DNA from: Angustibacter sp.
Lineage (GTDB): Bacteria; Actinomycetota; Actinomycetes; Actinomycetales; Angustibacteraceae
Direction of reading: 5' to 3'
DNA: 64,000 nucleotides
NCBI GenBank assembly: GCA_051657715.1
Contig: JBOFLF010000015.1
Coordinates: forward strand, 13,962 to 77,961
The notes under the pieces are model-generated. The model was not told the DNA's origin. It ran no database searches and saw only the letters and a program-made list of their open reading frames with translations. How positions within the stretch are numbered: position 1 is the stretch's first letter; every line of letters starts with the position of its first letter. Of the stretch, positions 52,482-63,011 are shown in pieces. The position numbers and the translations under genes were made by a program.

Positions 52482-53151
52482 GTCCCAAAAAGTGCTCCTG
52501 GCAACCGCGACCGCCACCGCGGACCCCACCCGGCGGCGGCAGGCAGCCGCTCTGGCTCGCGCTGCAGATCCTGACACCGACGACGCCCGCCGCCTGCTCG
52601 CACGCAGCTTCCTCGACGTCATCGCACCGTCTTTCCACCTCATCCCGCGTGGCAGCGCGATGGCCAGCGAAGGCGATTTCCAGGTGGCCTACCGGGCGCT
52701 CGACGAGGCCACCGAGCACTTCACCCGGGTCGACTATCGACCGGCAGGTGCTGGCAGTGCCCGAAGACGCGGCACCGCACTTCCACTCCAAGCTCGACCA
52801 CGCCGACGCCCGCGACGGGTGGGCCAGCGTCCAGCTGGCCGCCAGCCATGGTGTCCCGTACTCCGCTCTGCTTTACCAGCGCTACGTCGGCGGCGCCTGG
52901 CGGCAGGTGCAGGACGCCTACTCGGAGGTCAAAGGCGACAACGTGCTCGAGCTGCCCTTGGAGCGGCTGCTTCGGCTCGAGGGGATCCCCCCACCGGCGA
53001 AAGCCCCAGCGCCTTGCTGGACGTCGTCCTGGCCACCGACGGGCGGACCTACTCGCTGTCGACGCTCGGCCACCTCGTGGCCGTCCCCGAGATCGCCGCC
53101 TTGCGGGGCACGCGTCCGCACGCCGAACCTGGGCTGCACACCGAGCGCTGA
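52471..53151 (+). pseudogene. frameshift-disrupted ORF overlapping the methyltransferase stop (candidate decayed or phase-off partner gene)
   Basis: High-GC3 coding signal runs in frame 1 (52471 to about 52735). It continues in frame 2 (about 52736-52990) and returns to frame 1 at a C7 tract (52986-52992), ending at the TGA at 53149-53151. The out-of-frame continuations are R/A/G/P-rich junk. Confidence 0.55.
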
Positions 53152-53245
53152 CGATGAGCGGTCTGCTCAGCGACCGGCGGTCACTCGCAGCCGGTCGGCG
53201 ACTGCGCCGTCAACCTCGGTCATGACTGCGCCGTAGGCTTTGGGC

Positions 53246-54208
53246 ATGACCTCGACGCGTTCGGCCTGGGGCCTGGGTCTGGCCACCACCGCATCCGACG
53301 GAGCCGTGCTGGACACCTGGTACCCGTCACCGGCGCTCGGCCAGGACCCGACCGGAGGCCAGCCGTTCGCCGTCCCTGCTGAGCTGGCCGCGTTGGAGCG
53401 CCACGACACCGCGCGGGGCGTGCGGCTCGCGGTGGTGCGCACCGAGATCGACCTGGACGTGCCACCGGCCGACGTCCCCGACGCCTACCTGCGGCTGCAC
53501 CTGCTCTCCCACCGGCTGGTCGCACCCCACCGCCTCGACCTGACCGGCATCTTCGGGGTGCTGGCGAACGTGGTGTGGACCAGCGCCGGGCCGTGTGCTG
53601 TCGAAGGTTTCGAGACCACCCGGGCCAGGCTCATGACGCAGGGCCGGGTCACGGTGTACAGCGTCGACAAGTTTCCGCGGATGACCGACTACGTCGTCCC
53701 GTCCGGAGTGCGGATCGCTGACGCGGACCGGGTGCGGCTCGGCGCCCACCTCGCCCCTGGCACCACCGTGATGCACGAGGGTTTCGTCAACTTCAACGCC
53801 GGCACGCTCGGCACGTCGATGGTGGAGGGGCGGATCGTGGCCGGCGTCGTCGTCGGTGACGGGACGGACGTGGGGGGCGGCGCGTCGATCATCGGCACCT
53901 TGAGCGGCGGCGGGAAGGACGTCGTGTCGATCGGCCGCCGCTGCCTGCTCGGCGCCAACTCCGGGATTGGGATCAGCCTCGGTGACGACTGCGTGGTGGA
54001 GGCCGGCCTGTACGTGACCGCCGGCACCAAAGTGACCCTCATCGACGACGTCCCGGACGGCCCGAGCGCGGGCGCCACCGTCAAGGCGCGGGAGCTGTCC
54101 GGAGGGGCGAACATGTTGCTGCGCCGCAACTCCACGACCGGCCGCGTCGAGATGGTCGCCCGGCCGGGAGCCACTGTCGCGCTCAACGCAGCCCTGCACG
54201 CGAACTAG
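53246..54208 (+). CDS. dapD: 2,3,4,5-tetrahydropyridine-2,6-dicarboxylate N-succinyltransferase
   Basis: Near-colinear with Mtb DapD from memory ([70 protein letters not shown]). ATG at 53246; TTG at 53240 is possible. Confidence 0.95.
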   Translation: MTSTRSAWGLGLATTASDGAVLDTWYPSPALGQDPTGGQPFAVPAELAALERHDTARGVRLAVVRTEIDLDVPPADVPDAYLRLHLLSHRLVAPHRLDLTGIFGVLANVVWTSAGPCAVEGFETTRARLMTQGRVTVYSVDKFPRMTDYVVPSGVRIADADRVRLGAHLAPGTTVMHEGFVNFNAGTLGTSMVEGRIVAGVVVGDGTDVGGGASIIGTLSGGGKDVVSIGRRCLLGANSGIGISLGDDCVVEAGLYVTAGTKVTLIDDVPDGPSAGATVKARELSGGANMLLRRNSTTGRVEMVARPGATVALNAALHAN

Positions 54209-54244
54209 CCGTGACGACCACCAGACGACGATGACCGGCAGACG

Positions 54245-55138
54245 ATGACCGGCAAACGCAGCCGGGCGGTGCGGACCACCGCGATCGCCGGTTCGGTCAT
54301 CGCCGTGGGAACCGCCGGGGTATGGGGGGTAGCCCAGGTGCTCGACGGGGTGGAACGGCCGTGGCGACGTGGGGCCTCGTGCGAGGCGACCGCGGACGGC
54401 GCCACGTTCGCGGTCAGCCCGGCTCAGATGGCGAACGTGGCCACCATCGTCGGGATCGCCGAGCGTCGCCGCCTGCCCGCCCGGGCGGCGACGATCGCAC
54501 TGGCCACCGCCCGTCAGGAGTCCAAGTTCGTCAACCTCGACTACGGGGACCGGGATTCCCTCGGGTTGTTCCAACAACGCCCATCACAAGGCTGGGGTGA
54601 TCCCGACCAGCTGATGGACCCGGTGTACTCCACCAACGCGTTCTACGACGCCCTGGTCAAGATCGACGACTACCGCAGCCGGGAGGTCACCGACGTCGCG
54701 CAGCAGGTGCAGCGCTCGGCCTTCCCGCAGGCGTACGCCGACCACGAGGCGGAGGGCCGGGTATACGCGTCCGCGTTGTCGGGCAACTCCCCCGCCGCGC
54801 TGACCTGCCGGATCGACGAGGACTCCCGGCCCTCCGGCAAGGTCGGCGTCCAGCCCTATCTGTGGGCGCTGGGCCGGGAGCAGGCCAGGGTCCCGACCCA
54901 GCGGATGCCCGACGTCGCCGGGGTCCGGCTCGCGGCGGGCAGCCGCCGGTCGGCGTGGTCCTTGGCGCACTGGTCGGTCGCCAGCGCGGGACGGCTGGGG
55001 GTGGCGCGGGTGGTCGTGGACGGCCGGGTCTGGGACCGGTCCGACCCGGACGCCGGCTGGGCACAGTCGGCGTCGCCCGCCTCGACCAGCACCGAGGTCG
55101 TCGTGCTCTTCCAGAGCGCCACGACCTCAACGTCCTGA
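54245..55138 (+). CDS. secreted conserved protein with SLT-like (lytic transglycosylase) motif
   Basis: N-terminal TM/signal sequence (AIAGSVIAVGTAGVWGVA). ATARQESKFVNLDYGDRDSLGLFQQRP resembles the SLT catalytic E-S ... GL(M/F)Q pattern. Confidence 0.5.
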   Translation: MTGKRSRAVRTTAIAGSVIAVGTAGVWGVAQVLDGVERPWRRGASCEATADGATFAVSPAQMANVATIVGIAERRRLPARAATIALATARQESKFVNLDYGDRDSLGLFQQRPSQGWGDPDQLMDPVYSTNAFYDALVKIDDYRSREVTDVAQQVQRSAFPQAYADHEAEGRVYASALSGNSPAALTCRIDEDSRPSGKVGVQPYLWALGREQARVPTQRMPDVAGVRLAAGSRRSAWSLAHWSVASAGRLGVARVVVDGRVWDRSDPDAGWAQSASPASTSTEVVVLFQSATTSTS

Positions 55139-55223
55139 CACCACAACCCTGGCCACCGGCCTCACGACAGACATACCAGCGCTTGACCGCCGTCAGCCGC
55201 TCGCCTGAGCGGTCAGGCCGACC

Positions 55224-56516
<1,293 letters not shown>

Positions 56517-56670
56517 GTCGCTGCTCCCTCGTGTCTGTGGTCGCCGGTCGCCGGTCGAGCCGTCGGCAACGGACTCCACAGTGGCAACCAGCCAGGCGCT
56601 CATAGCGGCCGGATCTGATTCTGACGCTACCTGGCTGCTTGCAGCCGCTACCAACCGCCTCCCGGTTCGG

Positions 56671-57912
56671 TCAGTTGCGTTCGGTCAGTCGTGCCCAGCG
56701 GCTGCTCACCTGGGCGATCCGGTCGTCCGTGGCAGTGAGGGCGACGCGCACGTGCCGAGCACCAGCCGGGCCGTAAAACGTGCCGGGAGCGACCAGGACG
56801 CCGCACTCAGCCATCGCGGCCACGGTGTCGGCGGCGGGCTCGCCGCGAGTTGCCCACAGGTAGAGCCCCGCATCCGAGTGGTCGATGGTGAACCCACCGC
56901 TCTTCAAGGCTTCCAGCAAAACCTGGCGGCGACGCCGGTAACGCTCCCGCTGCGCCACCACGTGATCGTCGTCACCGAGCGCGGCGAGCATGGCCCGCTG
57001 CACCGGCCAGGGCATCAGCATCCCGGTGTGCCGCCGGACCGCCAGGATGCGCTGGACCAGCGCCGGGTCCCCGGCGATGAACGCCGCCCGGTACCCCGCC
57101 ATGCTCGACTGCTTAGACAATGAGTACACGGCCAGCAGGCCCTCGTGGGACCCCCCGCAGACCCGCGGGTCCAGGATGCTCGGCACCGTGCTGGGACCGT
57201 TCTTCACTGCACCGTGATGCGTTTTCACAGCACCGTGGCGCGTTTTCACAGCACCGTGGTGCGGCGGTCGTCCATCGAGCGTCGCAGCGCCACCAGCTGG
57301 TGGTCGCCCGGCTACTGCGGCAACGCCGTCCCGCGGCCGCCAGTCCAACTCCGCGTAGCACTCGTCGCTGGCCACCACCGCGCCACGAGCCCGAGCCCAC
57401 TCGACGACCTTCGCGAGGTGGTCGGCCCCCAGCACCCGGCCGGTCGGGTTGGCCGGCGAGTTCACCCACACCAGCCGGACCGGCGCTGGCCCGAGCTGGG
57501 TCGTCGCGTCAGCCGGCACCGGGGTGGCACCGGCGATCCGGGCTCCGACGTCGTACGTCGGGTACGCCACCTCGGGATGCACCACCACGTCGCCGGCACC
57601 GAGCCCCAGCACCGTCGGCAGCCAGGCGACCAGCTCCTTTGAGCCCACGGTCGGCAGCACCCCGTCCGGGTCGACTCCCAGGACACCACGGCGCCGGGCG
57701 AACCAGGCGGACACCGCCTCGCGCAGGTCCGCCGTTCCCCACGCCTGCGGATAGCCAGGCGCGTTCGCGGTGGCGCAGAGTGCCCGCCGGACGACGTCCG
57801 GGGTGGGGTCAAGGGGAGTACCGACGGACAGGTCGATGATCCCGTCCGGGTGTGCGCGTGCCCGCTGGGACGCCTGCGCCAGCGAGTCCCAGGGGAAGTC
57901 TGGCAGGTGCAC
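56671..57912 (-). CDS. dapC: class I/II PLP aminotransferase, succinyldiaminopimelate transaminase-like
   Basis: PLP-lysine motif YSLSKQSSMAGYR. GTG start at 57912, directly after the fdx stop, matching the fdxC-aminotransferase pairing in Mtb (Rv1177/Rv1178). Contains a repeat-bearing insertion. Confidence 0.8.
   Translation of the reverse strand: MHLPDFPWDSLAQASQRARAHPDGIIDLSVGTPLDPTPDVVRRALCATANAPGYPQAWGTADLREAVSAWFARRRGVLGVDPDGVLPTVGSKELVAWLPTVLGLGAGDVVVHPEVAYPTYDVGARIAGATPVPADATTQLGPAPVRLVWVNSPANPTGRVLGADHLAKVVEWARARGAVVASDECYAELDWRPRDGVAAVAGRPPAGGAATLDGRPPHHGAVKTRHGAVKTHHGAVKNGPSTVPSILDPRVCGGSHEGLLAVYSLSKQSSMAGYRAAFIAGDPALVQRILAVRRHTGMLMPWPVQRAMLAALGDDDHVVAQRERYRRRRQVLLEALKSGGFTIDHSDAGLYLWATRGEPAADTVAAMAECGVLVAPGTFYGPAGARHVRVALTATDDRIAQVSSRWARLTERN
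57205..57267. repeat. 21-bp x3 in-frame tandem repeat inside dapC
   Basis: CACTGCACCGTGATGCGTTTT / CACAGCACCGTGGCGCGTTTT / CACAGCACCGTGGTGCGGCGG on the plus strand. It encodes HHGAVKT-RHGAVKT-HHGAVKN. Locally AT-richer than the surrounding sequence. Confidence 0.9.
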
Positions 57913-57914
57913 GC

Positions 57915-58241
57915 CTACTCGACGTGCTCCTGGGGAGGCAGCGCGGTGATCAGGGGGTGGTCCCGGGGGATCAACCCGAGCTTCGCCGCGCCACCGGGCG
58001 AGCCGAGGTCGTCGAAGAACTCCACGTTTGCGGTGTAGTAGTCCTTCCACTGGTCGGGGGTGTCGTCCTCGTAGTAGATGGCCTCGACCGGGCAGACCGG
58101 CTCGCAGGCACCGCAGTCCACGCACTCGTCAGGGTGGATATACAACGAGCGCTGGCCCTCGTAGATGCAGTCGACCGGGCACTCCTCGATGCAGGCCTTG
58201 TCCTTGAGGTCGACGCAGGGCTGTGCGATGACGTAGGTCAC
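57915..58241 (-). CDS. fdxA: 7Fe ferredoxin (3Fe-4S + 4Fe-4S)
   Basis: MTYVIAQPCVDLKDKACIEECPVDCIYEG...HPDECVDCGACEPVCPVEAI, the classic actinobacterial FdxA/FdxC sequence. Confidence 0.95.
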   Translation of the reverse strand: MTYVIAQPCVDLKDKACIEECPVDCIYEGQRSLYIHPDECVDCGACEPVCPVEAIYYEDDTPDQWKDYYTANVEFFDDLGSPGGAAKLGLIPRDHPLITALPPQEHVE

Positions 58242-58316
58242 GTCCGGTCCTCCTCCGCGTTAGGTCTGTGCCTAGTATCGCGGACGGCATGGCCGCGAAC
58301 ACCGGGGAGGGTGCCG

Positions 58317-59480
58317 ATGACCCACCGGATCCCGCATCGCCTCGGCGTGGACCTGGTCGGACGTCGGGTCGTGGTGCGCCGCCGATTGTCCGACGGCGCA
58401 CCCGGCCACCGGTTCGGCGATCTGCTCGGCGATCTGCTCGCCTGGGACGAACCTGCCGGTGTCGCCCGGGTGCGCACCCGGCACGGCGACGTCGAGGTGC
58501 TGATCGCCGACGTGGTGGCCGGCAAGCCTGTCCCGCCACCGCCACGGCGCCGGCCCGCGGCACACCGGACGATCGGCTGGGCGCAGCTGGAACGGCTCGC
58601 CGCTGCCGGGTGGCGACCGCTCGACCTGGACTGGCTGGGCGAGCCTGGATCCGGGTGGCAGTTGCGGGCGGCCGAGGGGTTCACCGGCCGGGCTAACTCG
58701 GCGCTCGCCGTCGGCGACCCGGGAGTCGAGGTCGCCACGGCGGCCGAGCTGGTGGACACCTGGTACCGCCGACGCCGCCTGCGACCTCGCATCGCGGTGC
58801 CGTGGCCGGCGAGCGCGGTGATGCTGCCGGACCGTGCCCGGGATCACGGTCCCGATCGCGAGCTACGCGACCGCGGCTGGCAGCTTGACACCCCCACCCT
58901 GGTGATGACGGCGGCGCTGCACGAGGTGGCCGCGTCAGTGACCACCCGGAGCGGATCCCTCCCCTCCCACAGTCTCACCCTGCACATCGACGACGAACCG
59001 GACGACGCGTGGTGCCGTCTCTACCAGTACCGCGACCAGGCGTTGCCGTCGGTAGCTCGCACGCTGCTGCTGTCCGCCCCGCGCCAGGCGTTCGTCTCCG
59101 TGCGGGCACCGGACCGGACGCGCGAGCTGGCCCGCACGCATGTCGCCGCTCATCTGCCAGACCGCGACACAGCAGCGGGCGACTGGCCGACCCCTGCCAG
59201 CGGTACGGTCGCCGTCGCGCGGGTGGCCAGCGCCCACGGCTGGTCAGGGATCACCGCGATGCACGTGGCGCCGTCCCACCGCCGTCGCGGGCTGGCCCAG
59301 GCGGTGATCGGCGCCGCAGCCGAGTGGGCACTGGCTCGTGGCGACCGCTACGCGTACCTGCAGGTGGCTGAGCGCAACGCTGCGGCCCGCGCTCTTTACC
59401 ATTCGGTGGGTTTCGCCGACCACCACGGCTACCACTACCGGCTGGCCCCACGAACATCGGTGACCCACGAACATCGGTGA
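58317..59480 (+). CDS. GNAT-family N-acetyltransferase (two-domain)
   Basis: C-terminal acetyl-CoA motif (VAPSHRRRGLAQAVIGAAAEWA...AYLQV...N.AA.ALY...GF). ATG at 58317; the longer ORF from 57852 is antisense to fdx/dapC. Confidence 0.75.
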   Translation: MTHRIPHRLGVDLVGRRVVVRRRLSDGAPGHRFGDLLGDLLAWDEPAGVARVRTRHGDVEVLIADVVAGKPVPPPPRRRPAAHRTIGWAQLERLAAAGWRPLDLDWLGEPGSGWQLRAAEGFTGRANSALAVGDPGVEVATAAELVDTWYRRRRLRPRIAVPWPASAVMLPDRARDHGPDRELRDRGWQLDTPTLVMTAALHEVAASVTTRSGSLPSHSLTLHIDDEPDDAWCRLYQYRDQALPSVARTLLLSAPRQAFVSVRAPDRTRELARTHVAAHLPDRDTAAGDWPTPASGTVAVARVASAHGWSGITAMHVAPSHRRRGLAQAVIGAAAEWALARGDRYAYLQVAERNAAARALYHSVGFADHHGYHYRLAPRTSVTHEHR

Positions 59481-59540
59481 CCCACGGCACTGGACAGCAC
59501 CGACTGCTCGGCTGAGTCGGGCACTCGTGCTGTACGAGCG

Positions 59541-60071
59541 TCAGGTGAGCCGGGAGTAGCCGCCGCGGTGGTACAGCAACGCGGCTCCCGATGCATCAGG
59601 GAGATCAACCGACAGCACCTCACCCACCACGATGCCGTGGTCCCCAGCCGGGTGGACATCGGTGGTCCGGCACTCCAGGCCCGCAAGCGCCCCGTCTATC
59701 AGGGCCGCACCGGTCAACCCGCCCCGGTGGTGCGGCACCCGATCGAGCTGACCGTGCAGTGGTCGGCCCCTGGTGGCCAGCCACTCGGCGACAGCGCGGT
59801 GCGCGTGATCCAGCACCGACACCGTCCACTCCCCCGCCTCGATGATCGCGTCGTGGAACCTGGCGTCGCGCTCCACGCACACCAGGACCAGCCGCGGCTC
59901 GAGGGACACCGAGGTGAACGCGTTGGCGGTCATCGCATGGTCGACCCCGCCGACCCGCGTGGCCACCACGGTGATGCCGGTGGCGAACCTGCCGAGGGCG
60001 CGTCGGAACTCGGCCACGTCTACGGCGTCCGGCTCGGCGGACGTGAGACGAGCACCAGCGAGATCGGCCAC
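59541..60071 (-). CDS. flavin reductase-like FMN-binding protein
   Basis: FRRALGRFATGITVVAT......AMTANAFTSVSLEPRLVLVC is the flavin reductase domain signature. Confidence 0.85.
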   Translation of the reverse strand: MADLAGARLTSAEPDAVDVAEFRRALGRFATGITVVATRVGGVDHAMTANAFTSVSLEPRLVLVCVERDARFHDAIIEAGEWTVSVLDHAHRAVAEWLATRGRPLHGQLDRVPHHRGGLTGAALIDGALAGLECRTTDVHPAGDHGIVVGEVLSVDLPDASGAALLYHRGGYSRLT

Positions 60072-60207
60072 CTGATCATTGTCCCGTACTGCGCCCCCGA
60101 CAGCCTCTCGACCTGCGGGTGGTCTGGAGCTGGTCCTCGGGCAGACGGCGCTGCGCCTTCCGGAGCTCCCCGCCTTCCTCCCGACGACCTATGCTCGTGG
60201 GCGCAGC

Positions 60208-60390
60208 TGGTTCGGCCTGCCTGCCAGGCGGGTCGTCGCAAGAGGGAACCCGGTGTAAGTCCGGGACTGCCCCGCAGCGGTGAGTGGGAACGACAGCTGT
60301 CATGAGCACTGGGGCGACCTGGGAAGCGACGGCCAGTAGGTGCGAGCCGGTTCGGTTCGCGAGCCCATGAGTCCGAAGACCTGCCAGCGC
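60208..60390 (+). promoter_or_regulatory. cobalamin (B12) riboswitch, metE leader
   Basis: Conserved core AGAGGGAACCCGGTGTAAGTCCGGGACTGCCCCGCAGCGGTGAG and B12 box AGTCCGAAGACCTGCC (60370-60385). A TATGCT -10-like hexamer lies at 60190-60195. It sits about 150 nt upstream of metE. Confidence 0.85.
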
Positions 60391-60536
60391 ACCGCGGCCA
60401 CCCGGTCGCGGTGGTCCGTGACCTCGAGGGCGGGTCTGAGGCCGGTTCGACGCGTCGCCGGTGACGGCGCGCGCCCAGCCGTGCGTCACGTGCTCCCGTG
60501 GTCCGGACTCGGACCGAGCTCACGAGGAGCGAGCAC

Positions 60537-62879
60537 GTGACCAGCACCGACACCATTCCCTCAGCCACCATGCCCCCGCCGGCCGTCGGCGCCACCACCC
60601 TCGGGTGGCCGCGGGTGGGCCGCGACCGTGCGCTGAAGAAGCTCACCGAACGCCACTGGGCCGGCCGGATCAGCGGCACCGACCTCATCCGAGGGGCTGG
60701 TGAGCTGCGTCGCGATTCGCTCGCACTGCTACGCGACACCGGCCTGACCGAGGTGCCGTGCAACGACTTCTCGCTCTACGACCACGTGCTCGACACCGCG
60801 TGCCTGGTCGGCGCGATCCCGACCCGGCACCGCGGGATCGGCGGCGCCCGGCCGGGGACGACGAGCGAGGCGGGACTGGCCGGGTACTTCGCGATGGCCC
60901 GCGGCACCGACGCGGTGGCCCCGTTGGAGCTGACGAAGTGGTTCGACACGAACTACCACTACCTGGTGCCGGAGCTTGGCCCCGACAGCACGTTCAGCCT
61001 GGACCCGGCCAAGCCGCTGGCCGAGCTCGCGCTCGCCCGCGCCGAGGGTGTGACGGCGCGACCGGTCCTGGTCGGGCCGGTCACGTTCCTGCTGCTCGCC
61101 AAGGCCGCACCGGACGCCGATCCCGGATTCGAGCCGCTGTCCCTGCTCGAGAACCTGCTGCCGGTTTACACCGAGCTGCTTGGCCGACTGCAGGCGGCCG
61201 GGGCCGCCTGGGTGCAGCTGGACGAACCGGCGTTGGTGCAGGACCAGCCACCTGCCGTCCTGGACGCCGCTCGCCAGGCCTACGACCGGCTCGGCGGGCT
61301 CACCGCCCGGCCGAAGCTGCTCGTCGCGAGCTACTTCGACGTTCTCGGTGCGGCGCTGCCGGTACTGCGCGGGACGCCGGTCGACGGGCTCGCACTAGAC
61401 CTCACCGGCCCAGCGGCCGGCAACCTCGAGGCGCTCGCTGAGGCCGGGTCGTTGCCGGGCAAGCGGCTCGTGGCCGGGGTGATCGACGGCCGCAACATCT
61501 GGGTGAACGACCTGCGCTCGTCGCTGTCTGCGCTCGCCACGCTGCTCGGGATGGCCGAGGAGGTCGTCGTCGCGCCGTCCTGCTCGCTGCTGCACGTGCC
61601 GCTCGACGTCACCGTCGAGGCTGATATCGAGCCGCGGCTGGCGAGCTGGTTCGCGTTCGCGCGGCAGAAGGTCGAGGAGACCGTCGTGCTGGCCCGCGGG
61701 TTGAACGCCGGGGTGGACGCGATCCGCGACGAACTGGCCTGCAACGAGACGGCGCTGGCCGCCCGGTCATGCTCGCCGATCACGTCCGTGCCGGCCGTCC
61801 GGGCGCGGATGGCGACCGTGACCGCGGACGACACGCGGCGCAGGGCGCCCTACCCGGACCGGGCTCGCGCCCAGCGGGAGCGGTTGGCGCTGCCGCCGTT
61901 GCCGACGACGACGATCGGGTCGTTCCCGCAGACGGCGGCGCTGCGGGAGTCCCGATCGGCACTGCGGCGCGGCGAGATCGACGCGGCGAGCTACCAGGCC
62001 CGGATGCGCGCGGAGATCGAGCACGTGATCGGGCTGCAGGAACGGCTCGGCCTCGACGTCCTCGTGCACGGGGAGCCGGAGCGCAGCGACATGGTGCAGT
62101 ACTTCGCCGAGCAGCTCGACGGGTTCCTCGCCACCCAGCACGGCTGGGTGCAGTCGTACGGGACGCGGTACGTCCGGCCGCCGATCGTCGTCGGCGACGT
62201 GTCCCGGCCGGAGCCGATGACCGTGGCGTGGGCGACCTACGCCCAGACGCTGACCGAACGACCGGTCAAGGGCATGCTCACCGGACCGGTCACCCTGCTC
62301 GCCTGGTCCTTCGTGCGTGACGACCAGCCGCTCGCCGACACCGCGCGCCAGGTCGCCCTCACGTTGCGGGACGAGGTGGGTGACCTGGAGGCGGCCGGGA
62401 TCGCGATCATCCAGGTCGACGAGCCCGCGCTCCGCGAGACCCTCCCGCTGCGCGTCACCGCCCGCGCGGACTATCTGCGGTGGGCAACGGAGGCGTTCCG
62501 GCTGGCCACGTCCGGCGTGCGCGACGACACCCAGATCCACACCCACATGTGCTACGCGGAGTTCGGCGACATCCTGCCGGCGATCATCGACCTCGACACC
62601 GACGTCATCTCGATGGAGGCGGCGCGGTCGCACATGGCGATCGCCGCCGACCTGTCGGCGGCGGCGTATCCGTCGGGCGTCGGCCCGGGCGTCTACGACA
62701 TCCACTCGCCACGGGTGCCCCCGACCGACGAGGTCACCGAACTGCTGCGCGCCGCCCTTGCGCACGTCCCGGCGGACCGCCTCTGGGTCAACCCGGACTG
62801 CGGCCTGAAGACCCGCACCGAGGACGAGGTGGTCCGCGCCCTGGAGCGGCTGACCGCAGCGGCGGCGACACTGCGCTAA
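60537..62879 (+). CDS. metE: cobalamin-independent methionine synthase
   Basis: About 780 aa two-domain MetE (GWPRVG..R.LK, C-terminal zinc ligands HMCYAEF ... NPDCGLKTR). GTG start at 60537. Confidence 0.95.
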   Translation: MTSTDTIPSATMPPPAVGATTLGWPRVGRDRALKKLTERHWAGRISGTDLIRGAGELRRDSLALLRDTGLTEVPCNDFSLYDHVLDTACLVGAIPTRHRGIGGARPGTTSEAGLAGYFAMARGTDAVAPLELTKWFDTNYHYLVPELGPDSTFSLDPAKPLAELALARAEGVTARPVLVGPVTFLLLAKAAPDADPGFEPLSLLENLLPVYTELLGRLQAAGAAWVQLDEPALVQDQPPAVLDAARQAYDRLGGLTARPKLLVASYFDVLGAALPVLRGTPVDGLALDLTGPAAGNLEALAEAGSLPGKRLVAGVIDGRNIWVNDLRSSLSALATLLGMAEEVVVAPSCSLLHVPLDVTVEADIEPRLASWFAFARQKVEETVVLARGLNAGVDAIRDELACNETALAARSCSPITSVPAVRARMATVTADDTRRRAPYPDRARAQRERLALPPLPTTTIGSFPQTAALRESRSALRRGEIDAASYQARMRAEIEHVIGLQERLGLDVLVHGEPERSDMVQYFAEQLDGFLATQHGWVQSYGTRYVRPPIVVGDVSRPEPMTVAWATYAQTLTERPVKGMLTGPVTLLAWSFVRDDQPLADTARQVALTLRDEVGDLEAAGIAIIQVDEPALRETLPLRVTARADYLRWATEAFRLATSGVRDDTQIHTHMCYAEFGDILPAIIDLDTDVISMEAARSHMAIAADLSAAAYPSGVGPGVYDIHSPRVPPTDEVTELLRAALAHVPADRLWVNPDCGLKTRTEDEVVRALERLTAAAATLR

Positions 62880-63011
62880 GGGGTGCACGCCGCTCGTTGG
62901 CGTCCCGCTCGTCGGCGCCTCCACTCTGGCGTCGACGAGCGGTCTGCCCAACACGCCCACAACATCTGGTTCCCGATCCTGTTCGAAGATGCTGCATATA
63001 GTGGTCGTGCG

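Noticed and set aside
52177-52992. The G7 and C7 homopolymers taken on their own as evidence for phase variation of the methyltransferase locus.
   Set aside because: Runs of 6-7 C or G also occur in ordinary genes in this window: pyc near 515, ftsE near 7248, tadB near 11760, vapC near 33885 and mrp near 39195. The tracts alone are not significant. Only the coincidence of the C7 tract with a frame switch is reported.
51727-53151. 474-aa plus-strand ORF spanning the methyltransferase and its downstream region.
   Set aside because: Its first 750 nt or so are an out-of-frame overlap of the intact methyltransferase and translate as Pro/Arg/Thr-rich junk. Only its segments 52471 to about 52735 and about 52990-53151 carry coding signal. 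Those are reported as parts of the frameshifted ORF.
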